In this document: positions 20,091-31,064 of the stretch, one piece after another | Position numbering within the stretch: position 1 is the stretch's first letter | Layout: each line of letters opens with the position of its first letter | Assembly (NCBI GenBank): GCA_029907515.1 | Contig: JARYLT010000002.1 | Coordinates: forward strand, 14,343 to 78,342 | Reading direction: 5' to 3' | From: Spirochaetota bacterium | GTDB taxonomy: Bacteria > Spirochaetota > UBA4802 > UB4802 | DNA: 64,000 nucleotides | Program-made: the position numbers and the translations under genes | Notes under the pieces: generated by a model | What the model was told of the DNA's origin: nothing | Databases searched by the model: none | The model's input: the letters and a program-made list of their open reading frames with translations, nothing else

Positions 20091-20627
20091 ATGATAATGC
20101 AATCACTCAGATACTACCGCGAACTTATACAAAAAATTGATGCATTTACTGAGTCTGTTATTTCAACGTATGGCAACCAATTACATTGCAGAGAGGGCTG
20201 CAGCAGTTGTTGCATACTGGAAAGTATAATGCCTGTTGAACTTGTGCCCATAGTACAATGGTATGTAACACAACCTGAATCAATAAAAATTATAATTAAA
20301 CAAGAAAACTCTCATTCCTGCATATTTTTGCAAAACAATAGCTGTATCATCTATCCTGTAAGACCTGTAATTTGCAGAACCCATGGATACCCGGTTTTAA
20401 TACGTAACAGTGTTGATATATGCCCATTAAATAATGGGATACACTTTGAGCCACAGTATATTCTCAATTTAGAGAACTGTAACACAATGCTTGCAGCTAT
20501 TAATATTTTATTTATTAAGGAAGTACAAATTCCTTCATTACAGACAGAACGCATTAACCTACGGACGTTTTTTCAAAGCCCTGAATCCGATATCCTTTCT
20601 ATAGTGCATACCCTCAAAGGATACTGA
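20091..20627 (+). CDS. YkgJ family cysteine-cluster protein (putative zinc/iron-chelating CxxCxxCC domain)
   Basis: 178 aa. CREGCSSCC and C..C.IYPVRPVICR motifs. The 3' end overlaps convergent purD by 69 nt. Confidence 0.55.
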   Translation: MIMQSLRYYRELIQKIDAFTESVISTYGNQLHCREGCSSCCILESIMPVELVPIVQWYVTQPESIKIIIKQENSHSCIFLQNNSCIIYPVRPVICRTHGYPVLIRNSVDICPLNNGIHFEPQYILNLENCNTMLAAINILFIKEVQIPSLQTERINLRTFFQSPESDILSIVHTLKGY

Positions 20628-21809
20628 TGGTATAGCATTATATACTTTATCGTAGGCGTCTTCCAAACTGTCAGCTATCGCTGTAATATTAAGCACTCTT
20701 CCTCCACTGGTAAGTAACTGTCCATCCCGTCTTGTACCTGCATGAAAAACAAGGATATCCTCAGGCAACTGTTCCAATCCTGTAATTGGCAAACCTGTTT
20801 TATATGAGCCGGGGTAGCCACCTGAAGCAAGTACCACTGTAATTGCATGCTTATTTCTAAATGAAAGATTCATACTGGAAAGTTTCCCACTGATAGCTGC
20901 CTGTATACAATCACCCAATTTGCCGTTTATCAGCGGTAACAGGACCTGTGTTTCGGGATCGCCAAATCGGACATTGAATTCCAGTACTTTAATATCATGT
21001 CCTTTAATTATTAAACCTGCATACAGTATCCCAACAAAAGGCATACCCTCATTTTTCATGCCCAGAATCACCGGTTGAAGAATTTCCCGGTGCACCCTTT
21101 CCAGTATCCTGCTGGTAACCACTGGAGCCGGTGCATATGCACCCATACCACCTGTGTTTGGCCCTTCATCATTATCATATACCCGCTTATGGTCCTGGGC
21201 AGCAATAAACGGTAACACTGTTGTACCGTCACTGATCCCCAGAACAGATGCTTCTTCACCATCGCAAAAATCCTCAACAAAAACTTTTGCATCATCTTTA
21301 ACCATTTCATGAATAAACTGCAGTGCAGTCTCTCTATCCCGGCACACTCCCACACCCTTTCCCGCAGCAAGCCCATCTAACTTTATTACTACCGGAAATA
21401 CTGCTGAAGATTCAATATAGCCTATGAGTGATTCTTTACCTTTAAATTCTCTGAAATGAGCTGTCGGCACATTATATTTTTGCATGATATACTTTGCAAA
21501 AAGCTTGCTCCCTTCTAGTTGGGCAGCCTGAGCTGTTGGACCAAATACTGGTATACCTCTATTTTGTAAAAAATCAACTACTCCATCAACAAGAGGAGCT
21601 TCAGGCCCAATTATAACAATATCAATATTTTTTTGTTTGCAGATAGTGTATAATGATTCAAAATCATTCACGGCAACCTGAACCCGGAATCTTTCATCAA
21701 TACCACCATTACCTGGTGCAACATATACTTCACTGGCACTTCCATCATGAATGAGTCTCCATGCAATGGCATGTTCACGCCCACCAGACCCTACTACTAA
21801 ATATCTCAT
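20559..21809 (-). CDS. purD: Phosphoribosylamine--glycine ligase
   Basis: 416 aa. N-terminal MRYLVVGSGGREHAIAWRL, ATP-grasp domain, C-terminal ...RKDIGFRAL. Confidence 0.95.
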   Translation of the reverse strand: MRYLVVGSGGREHAIAWRLIHDGSASEVYVAPGNGGIDERFRVQVAVNDFESLYTICKQKNIDIVIIGPEAPLVDGVVDFLQNRGIPVFGPTAQAAQLEGSKLFAKYIMQKYNVPTAHFREFKGKESLIGYIESSAVFPVVIKLDGLAAGKGVGVCRDRETALQFIHEMVKDDAKVFVEDFCDGEEASVLGISDGTTVLPFIAAQDHKRVYDNDEGPNTGGMGAYAPAPVVTSRILERVHREILQPVILGMKNEGMPFVGILYAGLIIKGHDIKVLEFNVRFGDPETQVLLPLINGKLGDCIQAAISGKLSSMNLSFRNKHAITVVLASGGYPGSYKTGLPITGLEQLPEDILVFHAGTRRDGQLLTSGGRVLNITAIADSLEDAYDKVYNAIPSVSFEGMHYRKDIGFRALKKRP

Positions 21810-21984
21810 TGATTCCTCCTGTTATATCCTGGTATTGTTGTAAACAAGAGATATAATTTTTCAATCATTTTATGTATACACCTTTCATGCGTACAATATT
21901 TTTTATATATTATAAGAATAATTCTTGAACTTACGTTATGTACAGTATATGAGATAACAACACCCTTATATAAGGAGGTTTGCT

Positions 21985-22860
21985 ATGCGCCTGAGTAATG
22001 AAGCAAAGGTTGGGCTTCTGGTTATGACAAGCTTTACGCTTTTTATTGTACTGGTTGGGCTGTTAACAAAATTTAATATTTCACAAAAAGGATACCGCTT
22101 ACATGTATATTTTGGATTTTTAAACGACCTTCGCGTTGGTGCCCCTGTTAAAATTGGTGGTGGAATCAAGATTGGATATGTCGATGAGATCCGCCAGACA
22201 GGGGAAAAAACTGACGTTATTCTGTGGATAGATAAGGGATATAGGTTATCAAAAGCAGCAACATTTTCAATCTTTACATCAGGCATGATTGGTGAAAAAT
22301 ATATTAATGTCGTCATTCCTCCTATGAGTGAGGATGTCGGTTTTCTTAACGACGGGGATATTAAGTATGGTATTGACCCCGCAAGCTTTGACCAGATGAT
22401 GCAGACATTCCAGAGCTTTATGCAGGATAAAAGTGGTGCCCAGATCCTTGCAGAGATATTTCAGAATTCAAATAAATTTGTGGCAAACTTAAATAAGATG
22501 GTTGATGAAAACCGTTATGATGTTCGGCAGTCAGTTGGTACCGCACGTGCGGCTATTGTAACTTTTTCCCAGCAATTGCAGCAATTCATGAATCAGATGA
22601 ATGTTATTTCAAAAAATATGGCATACATCTCTGAAAAAAACCGTGAAGATATTACCATTACATTACAAAATCTTTCTGAACTCACATCCAGCATGAATAA
22701 AATTGCATACCGTCTTGAAAAGGGCCGTGGAACAATGGGAAAGCTCCTTTATGATGAAGAAATTTATACCAACATACGTGATGCATCCATTTCAGCAAAA
22801 GAGCTTTTTTCAAGGCTTGAAAAAGATCCATCATTACTACTCTTTAAGCAGAAAAAATAA
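21985..22860 (+). CDS. MlaD/MCE domain protein with C-terminal coiled-coil extension
   Basis: 291 aa. N-terminal TM, then an MCE domain (LRVGAPVKIGGGIKIGYVDEI). Confidence 0.7.
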   Translation: MRLSNEAKVGLLVMTSFTLFIVLVGLLTKFNISQKGYRLHVYFGFLNDLRVGAPVKIGGGIKIGYVDEIRQTGEKTDVILWIDKGYRLSKAATFSIFTSGMIGEKYINVVIPPMSEDVGFLNDGDIKYGIDPASFDQMMQTFQSFMQDKSGAQILAEIFQNSNKFVANLNKMVDENRYDVRQSVGTARAAIVTFSQQLQQFMNQMNVISKNMAYISEKNREDITITLQNLSELTSSMNKIAYRLEKGRGTMGKLLYDEEIYTNIRDASISAKELFSRLEKDPSLLLFKQKK

Positions 22861-22862
22861 CA

Positions 22863-24212
22863 ATGCCTAAAAAACCAAAAACAATATTTATCTGCAATGA
22901 ATGCGGAGCAACATTCCAGAAATGGTTAGGGAAATGCCCGGAATGCAATACCTGGAATACTATCGTTGAAGAAATGCAGGATACTCCTGTTTTTAAAAAC
23001 GAAATACCCTTTGAAAATTCCATCCATCCCCTTTCGCAGGTACTATCAGAATCTGTTCAGCGCATACCAACAGGAATCGGCGAATTTGATCTGGTGTGTG
23101 GTGGAGGAGTAGTTCCCGGCTCCATTATCCTTCTGGGAGGCGAACCAGGTATAGGCAAATCAACATTAGCATTACAGGTAGCTCAGCATTGCACAACTCT
23201 GTACTGCTCCGGAGAAGAAACTCTGCAACAAATACATTTGCGATCACGCCGGCTTAATATAAAACCTGATTCAATCCATCTTTCCTCAGTTACTGATATT
23301 GACCATATTGAAGCACTCATACGCACTAACGCACCACAGCTGGTAATAATAGACTCTATCCAGACACTCTATTCAAAAGATATAACTTCACCTGTTGGTT
23401 CCGTAAGCCAGATTCGCTATACTGCTTCACGGCTTGCTGATATTGCAAAACAAACGCAAACCTCTATACTGCTAATCGGGCATATCACCAAGGATGGCTC
23501 CATTGCAGGTCCAAAAATACTGGAACATATTGTTGACACAGTACTCTACTTTGAGGGGGATTTTACGCGCGACTATCGCATATTACGCGCCTTTAAAAAC
23601 CGTTTTGGCTCAATTAATGAGATAGCATTATTTACCATGACAGCCACAGGATTAACAGAAGTAAAGGACAAGAACACATTATTTGTCCAATCGCATGATA
23701 CAAGCTTTCCGGGAAGCGTTATCAGTGCTACCATAGAGGGAACCAGAACCATTCTCTTCGAAGCACAATCGCTTGTTACTGCAACAAGCTTTTCAAACCC
23801 CCGCCGAATGGCAGATGGCTTTGATGTTAACAGGCTTAATCTGCTGGTAGCGGTCATTGAAAAACATGCAAAGATTTCATTAAGCTCATTTGACATATTT
23901 ATTAATGTTGCAGGTGGATTTGCCATCGATGATACATCATGTGACCTTGCAATTGCCGCCGCCATTATATCCAGTTTAAAAAATATAGTTATTCCCCATT
24001 CTTGTGGCATCATTGGCGAATTATCACTTTCCGGACAGGTTCGTTCCGCAAGTCATTCATTACGCCGGCTTACAGAATTTGTAAATTCAGGAATAACCAC
24101 CATTCTGTTACCTCGCAACAATGTATCTGAGGTTTCAAATACAGGCTTTACAGGAACACTCATACCTTTAACTACTATCGCAGAGCTTACACAAATTTTA
24201 CAGCGTCTTTAA
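22863..24212 (+). CDS. radA: DNA repair protein RadA/Sms
   Basis: 449 aa. Zinc ribbon CNECG...CPECNTW, Walker A GEPGIGKST, KNRFG motif, Lon-like C-domain. Confidence 0.95.
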   Translation: MPKKPKTIFICNECGATFQKWLGKCPECNTWNTIVEEMQDTPVFKNEIPFENSIHPLSQVLSESVQRIPTGIGEFDLVCGGGVVPGSIILLGGEPGIGKSTLALQVAQHCTTLYCSGEETLQQIHLRSRRLNIKPDSIHLSSVTDIDHIEALIRTNAPQLVIIDSIQTLYSKDITSPVGSVSQIRYTASRLADIAKQTQTSILLIGHITKDGSIAGPKILEHIVDTVLYFEGDFTRDYRILRAFKNRFGSINEIALFTMTATGLTEVKDKNTLFVQSHDTSFPGSVISATIEGTRTILFEAQSLVTATSFSNPRRMADGFDVNRLNLLVAVIEKHAKISLSSFDIFINVAGGFAIDDTSCDLAIAAAIISSLKNIVIPHSCGIIGELSLSGQVRSASHSLRRLTEFVNSGITTILLPRNNVSEVSNTGFTGTLIPLTTIAELTQILQRL

Positions 24213-24347
24213 TTTTTTCAGTTGATTATTGAAACATTGTATGTAATACTTAAGCAAATAATTGAAATATAGTGCGCTCCATGCTATATCTTATATAACA
24301 CCACAACACTATAGAAAATATAATTCATTGACTCATAGAGGTACTAC

Positions 24348-25844
24348 ATGAAACCTAAAGATGGCTATTCAGCTGAAGAGCTTTTAAATTCCACTCAGGG
24401 GTTATCCTACAACGATTTTATCATATTACCGGGTTATATTGACTTTAACCCTGACGATGTTGATTTAGAAACACAATTTACCCGCAATCTTAAACTTAAA
24501 CGGCCTCTGGTATCAAGCCCCATGGACACTGTGACTGAATCAAAGATGGCTATCAGTTTGGCATTATTGGGGGGCATTGGGATCATCCATTACAACAATA
24601 CCATTGAAGAACAGGTTGCTCAGGTACGAAAAGTCAAACGATTTGAAAATGGATTCATTACTGATCCGGTTGTATTATCTCCCGAACATACTATCGCCCA
24701 TATTGATGAAATTAAGGAAAAATTTGGATTTTCAGGCATACCCATTACTGTTGATGGCAACTTGGGTTCTAAACTGGTAGGTATTGTTACCAACAGGGAT
24801 ATTGATTTTGAAACTGATAGGTCAAAAAAATTAAAAGATGTCATGACCACCGATCTTGTCACTGCAAAGGTAGGTATTACACTGGCACAGGCAAACGAGT
24901 TACTTAAAAAATCCAAAAAGGGCAAATTGCCGATAGTTGATGATGAAGGAAAGCTCGTTGCCCTCATGAGCCGCAATGACCTTGTAACCAACAGAGAATA
25001 TCCATTTGCATCAAAAGATACTAACAAGCAGCTTATGGTTGGGGCAGCCATTTCCACCAAGGATGAATCAAAAGAGCGATTACAGGAACTTGTAAAAGCT
25101 GGAGTCAATGTTGTGGTCATAGATGCAGCACAGGGTAACTCTATATACCAGATAGAAATGATTAAATATATTAAAAAGAAATACCCAGAACTTGATGTCA
25201 TTGCAGGTAATGTTGTCACCATTGAGCAATGCGAAAACCTGATAAAGGCAGGGGCAGATGCTCTGCGCATTGGCATGGGCCCTGGCTCAATCTGTACCAC
25301 ACAGGTGACTATGGCAGTTGGACGCGCACAATCAACGGCTGTGTATCGATGCAGCAAGTTTGCAAAACAATACAATATACCAACAATAGCCGACGGCGGT
25401 ATTGCCACAATAGGGCACATAGCCAAGGCACTTGCGCTGGGTGCATCAACTGCAATGATGGGGTCAATGTTTGCCGGCACCGAAGAAGCACCTGGCGAAT
25501 ATTTTTATGAAAATGGCGTTCGCCTTAAACGGTATCGTGGCATGGCATCACTGGAAGCAATGGAAAAAGGCGGTTCAAAGCGCTATTTTGCCGAAGACTC
25601 AAAGATACTTGTTGCACAGGGAGTTTCTGGCGCGGTAGTTGATAAAGGCTCAATGTTTGATTATGTGCCATATCTGGTACAGGGATTGAAACACGCATTT
25701 CAGGATATGGGTGTACGCACTATTAAAGAGCTTCACGAAAAGCTATACAAAGAAGAGCTTCGCTTTGAATTGCGTTCGCTGTCAGCCCAGATCGAAGGTG
25801 GTGTGCATACCATTTATTCGTATAAAGAACCCAAGTATCTGTAG
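24348..25844 (+). CDS. guaB: Inosine-5'-monophosphate dehydrogenase
   Basis: 498 aa. Catalytic loop [13 protein letters not shown] pair inserted in the TIM barrel. Confidence 0.95.
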   Translation: MKPKDGYSAEELLNSTQGLSYNDFIILPGYIDFNPDDVDLETQFTRNLKLKRPLVSSPMDTVTESKMAISLALLGGIGIIHYNNTIEEQVAQVRKVKRFENGFITDPVVLSPEHTIAHIDEIKEKFGFSGIPITVDGNLGSKLVGIVTNRDIDFETDRSKKLKDVMTTDLVTAKVGITLAQANELLKKSKKGKLPIVDDEGKLVALMSRNDLVTNREYPFASKDTNKQLMVGAAISTKDESKERLQELVKAGVNVVVIDAAQGNSIYQIEMIKYIKKKYPELDVIAGNVVTIEQCENLIKAGADALRIGMGPGSICTTQVTMAVGRAQSTAVYRCSKFAKQYNIPTIADGGIATIGHIAKALALGASTAMMGSMFAGTEEAPGEYFYENGVRLKRYRGMASLEAMEKGGSKRYFAEDSKILVAQGVSGAVVDKGSMFDYVPYLVQGLKHAFQDMGVRTIKELHEKLYKEELRFELRSLSAQIEGGVHTIYSYKEPKYL

Positions 25845-25847
25845 CCT

Positions 25848-26540
25848 TCATATTACTGATGTGATAATCCGTATAATGTCTCCGGGCGTATTGGCAATTG
25901 CATGAGGATGATGCTGCAAAAGCAACGCAACAGGTCTGTACCCCCAGCTCACTCCTATACTGTACATACCACATGCATGAGCCATTTCAACATCCGTAGC
26001 CGAATCACCAATCATGGCAATCTGCGATGGCTCTAATTGCATGGTGTGGGCAATAAGCAGTGCGCCATGCGGGTCAGGTTTACGTGGTATGGAATCCTGC
26101 AAACCTAAAATTGTGCTGAATGCAATATCAGGAAAATAGTATTTAACCATTTCTACAGTAAACTCATGCGATTTATTTGAAAAAACGGAAATTTTTATTT
26201 TTTTGTGCGATAGTTCCTTTAAAAGGTCATGCACTCCTGAATATGGTTTTGTTTCACTGTTCCAGTTTTTTGCATACTCATCTTTCAATTCGGAAACAAG
26301 TTTTGTAATCTCTTTATCTGAACAAGTTTCCCCAACCGCACGCTGAATGAGCATTGCCATGCCATCGCCAATAAACTGTTTATATGCCTCTACCGGATGT
26401 GTGCGATACCCATAGCGTAACAGGACATTATTAACACTGTATGCCAGATCAGCTATAGTATCCAGAAGTGTCCCATCCAGGTCAAATATGACTCCATCAA
26501 TTCCCATGGTAATTATTTGCTCTCTGATGATGCAAGCCAC
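25848..26540 (-). CDS. HAD-superfamily hydrolase (phosphoglycolate phosphatase-like)
   Basis: 230 aa. DxD motif FDLDGTLLDT. Confidence 0.7.
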   Translation of the reverse strand: MACIIREQIITMGIDGVIFDLDGTLLDTIADLAYSVNNVLLRYGYRTHPVEAYKQFIGDGMAMLIQRAVGETCSDKEITKLVSELKDEYAKNWNSETKPYSGVHDLLKELSHKKIKISVFSNKSHEFTVEMVKYYFPDIAFSTILGLQDSIPRKPDPHGALLIAHTMQLEPSQIAMIGDSATDVEMAHACGMYSIGVSWGYRPVALLLQHHPHAIANTPGDIIRIITSVI

Positions 26541-27313
26541 TTTTTAAATTTATACTGCTCAACTTTAGCATAGCACCACAGGGCAAATGGTAGAATTCTG
26601 TTTACAATCATCATGCCTCTAAATATTTTTGAAGGGAACACATATCGTTTATTTTTCAGTATCCCTTTAACAACTTCTTGAGCAACTTTTTGAGGTGTTT
26701 GCGTGGGGAAAGGAACCGGCGTTCCTTTGCCTGCTGTTTTAAAAAATTCAGTTTTCGTTGCTATGGGATAAACCACTACAAGGTGAAAGTTTCTATCCTT
26801 TTCAAAATTAAATGAATAAGCAAACCCATCTAGAGCAGCTTTGGTAGCTGAATATAATGCATATCCCGGCAACGGTAGTTTTGCCATTGCCGAGGCAGTA
26901 AATACCATACATGCTTCTTTATCTTTATTTATCTCCATCATCTTTTCAAGAAAATAAATTGGGGCAATATAATTTACTGAAACTATTTTATGGATATGAT
27001 CGTAGTCAGCTTTTTGCAATTTTTCATAATAGGCAAAACCAGCATTCGCAATGCAGATATCTATTTTCCCCATAATGGAAAGTGCCTTCTTAAACAACAT
27101 GTCAATATCTTTCTGCTTACCAACATCACAGCGTACTGCTTTTATATTTTTATTTTGTGCAATAGCTTCAGGGTTTAGATCGCCAACCACAATTGTTGCA
27201 TTGTATTGTGTTAATTCTTCCAGCAATGCTTTCCCTATCCCGGATGATGCACCTGTTAATAGTATACATTTATTGCTAAGATCCATCCTGTACCTCTCTG
27301 CAAGATTTTTCAA
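26513..27313 (-). CDS. SDR family short-chain dehydrogenase/reductase
   Basis: 266 aa. TGASSGIG Rossmann motif and a YxxxK catalytic pair. Confidence 0.8.
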   Translation of the reverse strand: MKNLAERYRMDLSNKCILLTGASSGIGKALLEELTQYNATIVVGDLNPEAIAQNKNIKAVRCDVGKQKDIDMLFKKALSIMGKIDICIANAGFAYYEKLQKADYDHIHKIVSVNYIAPIYFLEKMMEINKDKEACMVFTASAMAKLPLPGYALYSATKAALDGFAYSFNFEKDRNFHLVVVYPIATKTEFFKTAGKGTPVPFPTQTPQKVAQEVVKGILKNKRYVFPSKIFRGMMIVNRILPFALWCYAKVEQYKFKKWLASSESK

Positions 27314-27445
27314 ATTTATCTTAAAAATATAGTAGAACTCTAATATTGCAAGAATATTTCATTGCTACAGTAAACCCATTACAATTTTGCTACTTGACAA
27401 TTTTCATACAGTCTTTACAATCTTTGAGGAATTTATGGTAGTGTC

Positions 27446-28051
27446 ATGATTAAGCCACTGAAAACTATTGAAAAACTTAAAAACGGCCAGGCTGTCACCA
27501 TAGTTGCTTTAGGTGATTCATTAACCTATGGATGGATGGTTGATAAGGGATATATTGATTATTTCCATGATTTCTTACAATCACAGTATCCAAATGCTTC
27601 AATAAAAATAATCAATAAAGGTATACCAGGCGACACAGCTGACGGCGGGTTGCATCGTGTTTCGTATGATGTCATTTCGTACAATCCCGATTGTGTGCTT
27701 ATACAGTTTGCTTTGAATGATTACGCATGTGGATATTCACCACATGTATTTGGTAACTATATACGGGCAATAATCAATGCTATTCAGGCACGATTGCCAT
27801 CTGATATAGTGCTGGTTACTTCTGTGTGGTTTGGGGATTTTCCTGAAGCAAAAAACGCATATAAATTATACGAAACAATACAATCTATTGCTGATGACTA
27901 TAAGCTGCCTGTATCAAAGACACATGAATACTGGAAAAACGCTGTTAACAAGGGCACACCATTACAGGAACTTGTACAGTTTGATGGTGTACACCCAACC
28001 GAAGAAGGCTACTATATCATGGCACGTGCATTACAGGATTTATTCAGCTAA
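27446..28051 (+). CDS. SGNH/GDSL hydrolase family protein
   Basis: 201 aa. GDSLTYG block I and a DGVHP block V. Confidence 0.7.
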   Translation: MIKPLKTIEKLKNGQAVTIVALGDSLTYGWMVDKGYIDYFHDFLQSQYPNASIKIINKGIPGDTADGGLHRVSYDVISYNPDCVLIQFALNDYACGYSPHVFGNYIRAIINAIQARLPSDIVLVTSVWFGDFPEAKNAYKLYETIQSIADDYKLPVSKTHEYWKNAVNKGTPLQELVQFDGVHPTEEGYYIMARALQDLFS

Positions 28052-29318
28052 ACGGATATACTATTATACCATTGCAGATGGTATATTCAACCTGGCCAAA
28101 AAGCTCTCTTCCCATAAATGGCGTATTCTTACATCGCGAAATAATAAAATCGTCATTAACATTAATTTTTTTATCAGGATTGATAATCGTAATATCAGCA
28201 ACTCCGCCTTCTTTGATATACCCTCTGTCAATGCCAAGAATCTTACAGGGATTGACAGTAACTTTTTCAAATGCCTGTATAAAGTTAAACCCGTTCCCCT
28301 TAATAAGGACAGTAATAATTAATGGCACTGCAGTTTCAAGACCTATAATTCCAAATGGTGCAAATGCTATTTCCTGCATCTTTTCATTGGGAAGATGAGG
28401 CGCATGGTCTGTGGCAATGACTTCTATTAAGCCATTGCGCAACGCTTCAATAATTGCCTTTCTATCTTCTTCCGTACGCAATGGCGGATTCATCTTTGCC
28501 ATGGAAAGATGTTCTGCTATGGCATCATCCGTCAGAGAAAAATAATGCGGTGCTGTCTCACACGTCACCTGAATGTTGTTTCGTTTGGCCATGGTAATAA
28601 TATCCAGTGAACCTTTAGATGAAACATGAGCTACATGCAACCTCCCTTTTGTGAGGCGTGTAAGCAATACATCGCGCGCAATCATAATTTCTTCAGCTTC
28701 ACGGGGGATTCCTTTCAAACCCAAAAAGATTGAATTGTTTCCTTCGTTCATGATCCCACCGCTTGACAATGTGATATCCTCTGCATGCGTTATAATAGGG
28801 ACATTAAACATCCGCGAATACTCTAATGCACGTCGCATGGTAGTTGAGTTCATAACGGGTTTGCCATCATCGCTGAATGCTATTGCACCACCTTCAACCA
28901 GCTCACCCATCTCCGTTAATTCTTCACCCATTGAACCTTTTGTTATGGCTGCAACTGGAAATACATTAATTGGTCCAGATTCTGCCTGTTTTTTTATGTA
29001 TCGCACCAGCGCCTGATTATCAATTACAGGATTTGTATTTGGCATGGTACATACACTGGTGTACCCTGATTTAGCTGCAACCCTGGAGCCACCGATAATA
29101 GTTTCAACATCCTCACGGCCGGGCTCTCTGAAATGTACATGCATATCTACCAATCCAGGAACCACAATGCAATCCTTTGCATTAATGAGCTGTGCATCAT
29201 CCTTTTTAATATTCTTATCTATTTTTACTATTTTGCCATCTGCAATAAAAACATCAAATTCTTCATCAGTGTTAGAAGCAGGGTCAATTAATCTTCCATA
29301 TTTAATTAACAATTTCAT
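28044..29318 (-). CDS. pyrC: Dihydroorotase
   Basis: 424 aa. Metal-binding VDMHVHFREPG and amidohydrolase signatures. Confidence 0.9.
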   Translation of the reverse strand: MKLLIKYGRLIDPASNTDEEFDVFIADGKIVKIDKNIKKDDAQLINAKDCIVVPGLVDMHVHFREPGREDVETIIGGSRVAAKSGYTSVCTMPNTNPVIDNQALVRYIKKQAESGPINVFPVAAITKGSMGEELTEMGELVEGGAIAFSDDGKPVMNSTTMRRALEYSRMFNVPIITHAEDITLSSGGIMNEGNNSIFLGLKGIPREAEEIMIARDVLLTRLTKGRLHVAHVSSKGSLDIITMAKRNNIQVTCETAPHYFSLTDDAIAEHLSMAKMNPPLRTEEDRKAIIEALRNGLIEVIATDHAPHLPNEKMQEIAFAPFGIIGLETAVPLIITVLIKGNGFNFIQAFEKVTVNPCKILGIDRGYIKEGGVADITIINPDKKINVNDDFIISRCKNTPFMGRELFGQVEYTICNGIIVYPFS

Positions 29319-30265
29319 TACTCAACCTCTTTCTCATCCAGGGGAGCTCCACCTGCAAGAAGATAAAAAATAGCCATCCTCACTGCTACCCCATTAGTGA
29401 CCTGCTCATTTATTATTGAATGGGAACTATCGGCCACTTCATCGTCTATTTCAATACCCCGGTTAATTGGTCCAGGATGCATCACAATCACATCCTTCTT
29501 ACATCGTTTAAGCCGTTCATTAGTTAACGCAAAGCGCTTATGGTATTCCCGTATTGAAGGGAAAAATGACCCCTGTTGGCGTTCACGTTGTATTCGTAAC
29601 ATGTTAATAACATCAAGTTCAGGAAGTATTTCATCAAACTCATAATAAATATCAACACCATATATCTTGAATTCATCAGGAACCAGCGTTGGGGGGCCAA
29701 TCAGGCTAACCTTTGCTCCCAACCGCTTAAAAATCTCAATATCAGAACGAGCAACACGTGAATGAAGAATATCACCCACTATCCCTATGTGCAACCCTTT
29801 GATACTGCCCACTATTTCCATCAGTGAATACGCATCAAGAAGAGCCTGCGTTGGATGAGCATGGTTGCCATCTCCTGCATTAATAACCGATGATTTTATA
29901 TTACGAGATAAAAAATGCGGCGCTAATGACGCCGCATGTCGCATAACAATAAAATCTGCTTTATACGCTTCCAGCGTATGCACAGTATCAATCAGGGATT
30001 CCCCTTTAACCACACTTGATGTTTGCACCGCAATATTGATTAAATCTGCTGACAGACGTTTTGCTGCCAGCTCAAAACTTATACGGGTGCGTGTTGAGGG
30101 CTCATAGAATAAAAGGCACACCGTCTTACCGCGTAAAACTGGCACTGTTTTAATTGACCGTGTAAAAAGGGCTTTGAAATATTTTGCAGAATTACAAATT
30201 AATAAAATTTCCTCGGTAGTTAATGATTGTATATCAAGTAAGTCTTTCCTTTGTAAACCACTCAT
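29318..30265 (-). CDS. pyrB: Aspartate carbamoyltransferase catalytic subunit
   Basis: 315 aa. Motifs STRTR and HPTQ. No pyrI is adjacent. Confidence 0.95.
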   Translation of the reverse strand: MSGLQRKDLLDIQSLTTEEILLICNSAKYFKALFTRSIKTVPVLRGKTVCLLFYEPSTRTRISFELAAKRLSADLINIAVQTSSVVKGESLIDTVHTLEAYKADFIVMRHAASLAPHFLSRNIKSSVINAGDGNHAHPTQALLDAYSLMEIVGSIKGLHIGIVGDILHSRVARSDIEIFKRLGAKVSLIGPPTLVPDEFKIYGVDIYYEFDEILPELDVINMLRIQRERQQGSFFPSIREYHKRFALTNERLKRCKKDVIVMHPGPINRGIEIDDEVADSSHSIINEQVTNGVAVRMAIFYLLAGGAPLDEKEVE

Positions 30266-30409
30266 ATCCTGTATTACCTTTTCTTGTTATATATCATCCC
30301 AAATGGCATAAATAATTTCAATAATTTTTTTAAATATATTTTTGATTGAACTATTATATATGTACTGCACACTTGTAACCTGTGTGTATATTCTAAAAAA
30401 GGAGAATAT

Positions 30410-31063
30410 ATGAGCGACTATATTGCCTTTTATGACCTTGATCATACCATACTTGCATCAAGTTCAGGAACACTCATCGTCAGGGACCTTTACAAAAGGG
30501 GTATGGTATCATTATTATCTCTTATCAATGGTATGCTACTTTCACTGCTCTATAAATCTGGCATTATCAATACACAATCATTGATACTGCATTGGGTTGA
30601 ACGATTAAAAGGAATGGAGGCCAAAACCATAGAACAGTATTCTGAAATATTCTTTGAAGAGACAGTTAAACATTACATTTATCCTCAGGCTCTTGAATCA
30701 ATATATATGCATAAAGCTAAAGGAGCATCCATTGTATTACTTTCGGCATCACTGGATTTTATATGTAAACCGATAATGAAGCATCTTCACTTTGATGATG
30801 TTCTGTGTACTGAACTTGAAGTACATAATGGTTACTATACCGGGTCAATACAAGGCAATTACTGTTATGGGATAGAAAAACGTAACCGCGCTATACAGTT
30901 TTGCACAGATCATAACATCGATATCAAATCTGCCTATTACTATGCTGATTCTGTTGCTGATATACCTGTTCTGGAAGCGGTTGGATTTCCTCAATGTGTT
31001 AATCCACAGCCTGCCTTACTGAAGCTAGCTCACGTAAAAGGATGGCCTGTCCACAGGTGGTGA
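30410..31063 (+). CDS. HAD-IB family hydrolase (phosphoserine phosphatase-like)
   Basis: 217 aa. N-terminal FYDLDHTIL motif. Confidence 0.65.
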   Translation: MSDYIAFYDLDHTILASSSGTLIVRDLYKRGMVSLLSLINGMLLSLLYKSGIINTQSLILHWVERLKGMEAKTIEQYSEIFFEETVKHYIYPQALESIYMHKAKGASIVLLSASLDFICKPIMKHLHFDDVLCTELEVHNGYYTGSIQGNYCYGIEKRNRAIQFCTDHNIDIKSAYYYADSVADIPVLEAVGFPQCVNPQPALLKLAHVKGWPVHRW

Positions 31064-31064
31064 T

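Noticed and set aside
24213-24347. Possible purine riboswitch upstream of guaB, a PyrR attenuator upstream of pyrB (30266-30409) and a T-box upstream of leuS (7413-7560)
   Set aside because: None of the leaders contains the conserved cores. There is no purine-aptamer junction sequence, no PyrR ARUCCNGNGAGG box, and no T-box AGGGTGGNACCGCG motif. The leaders are short and unstructured AT-rich sequence.
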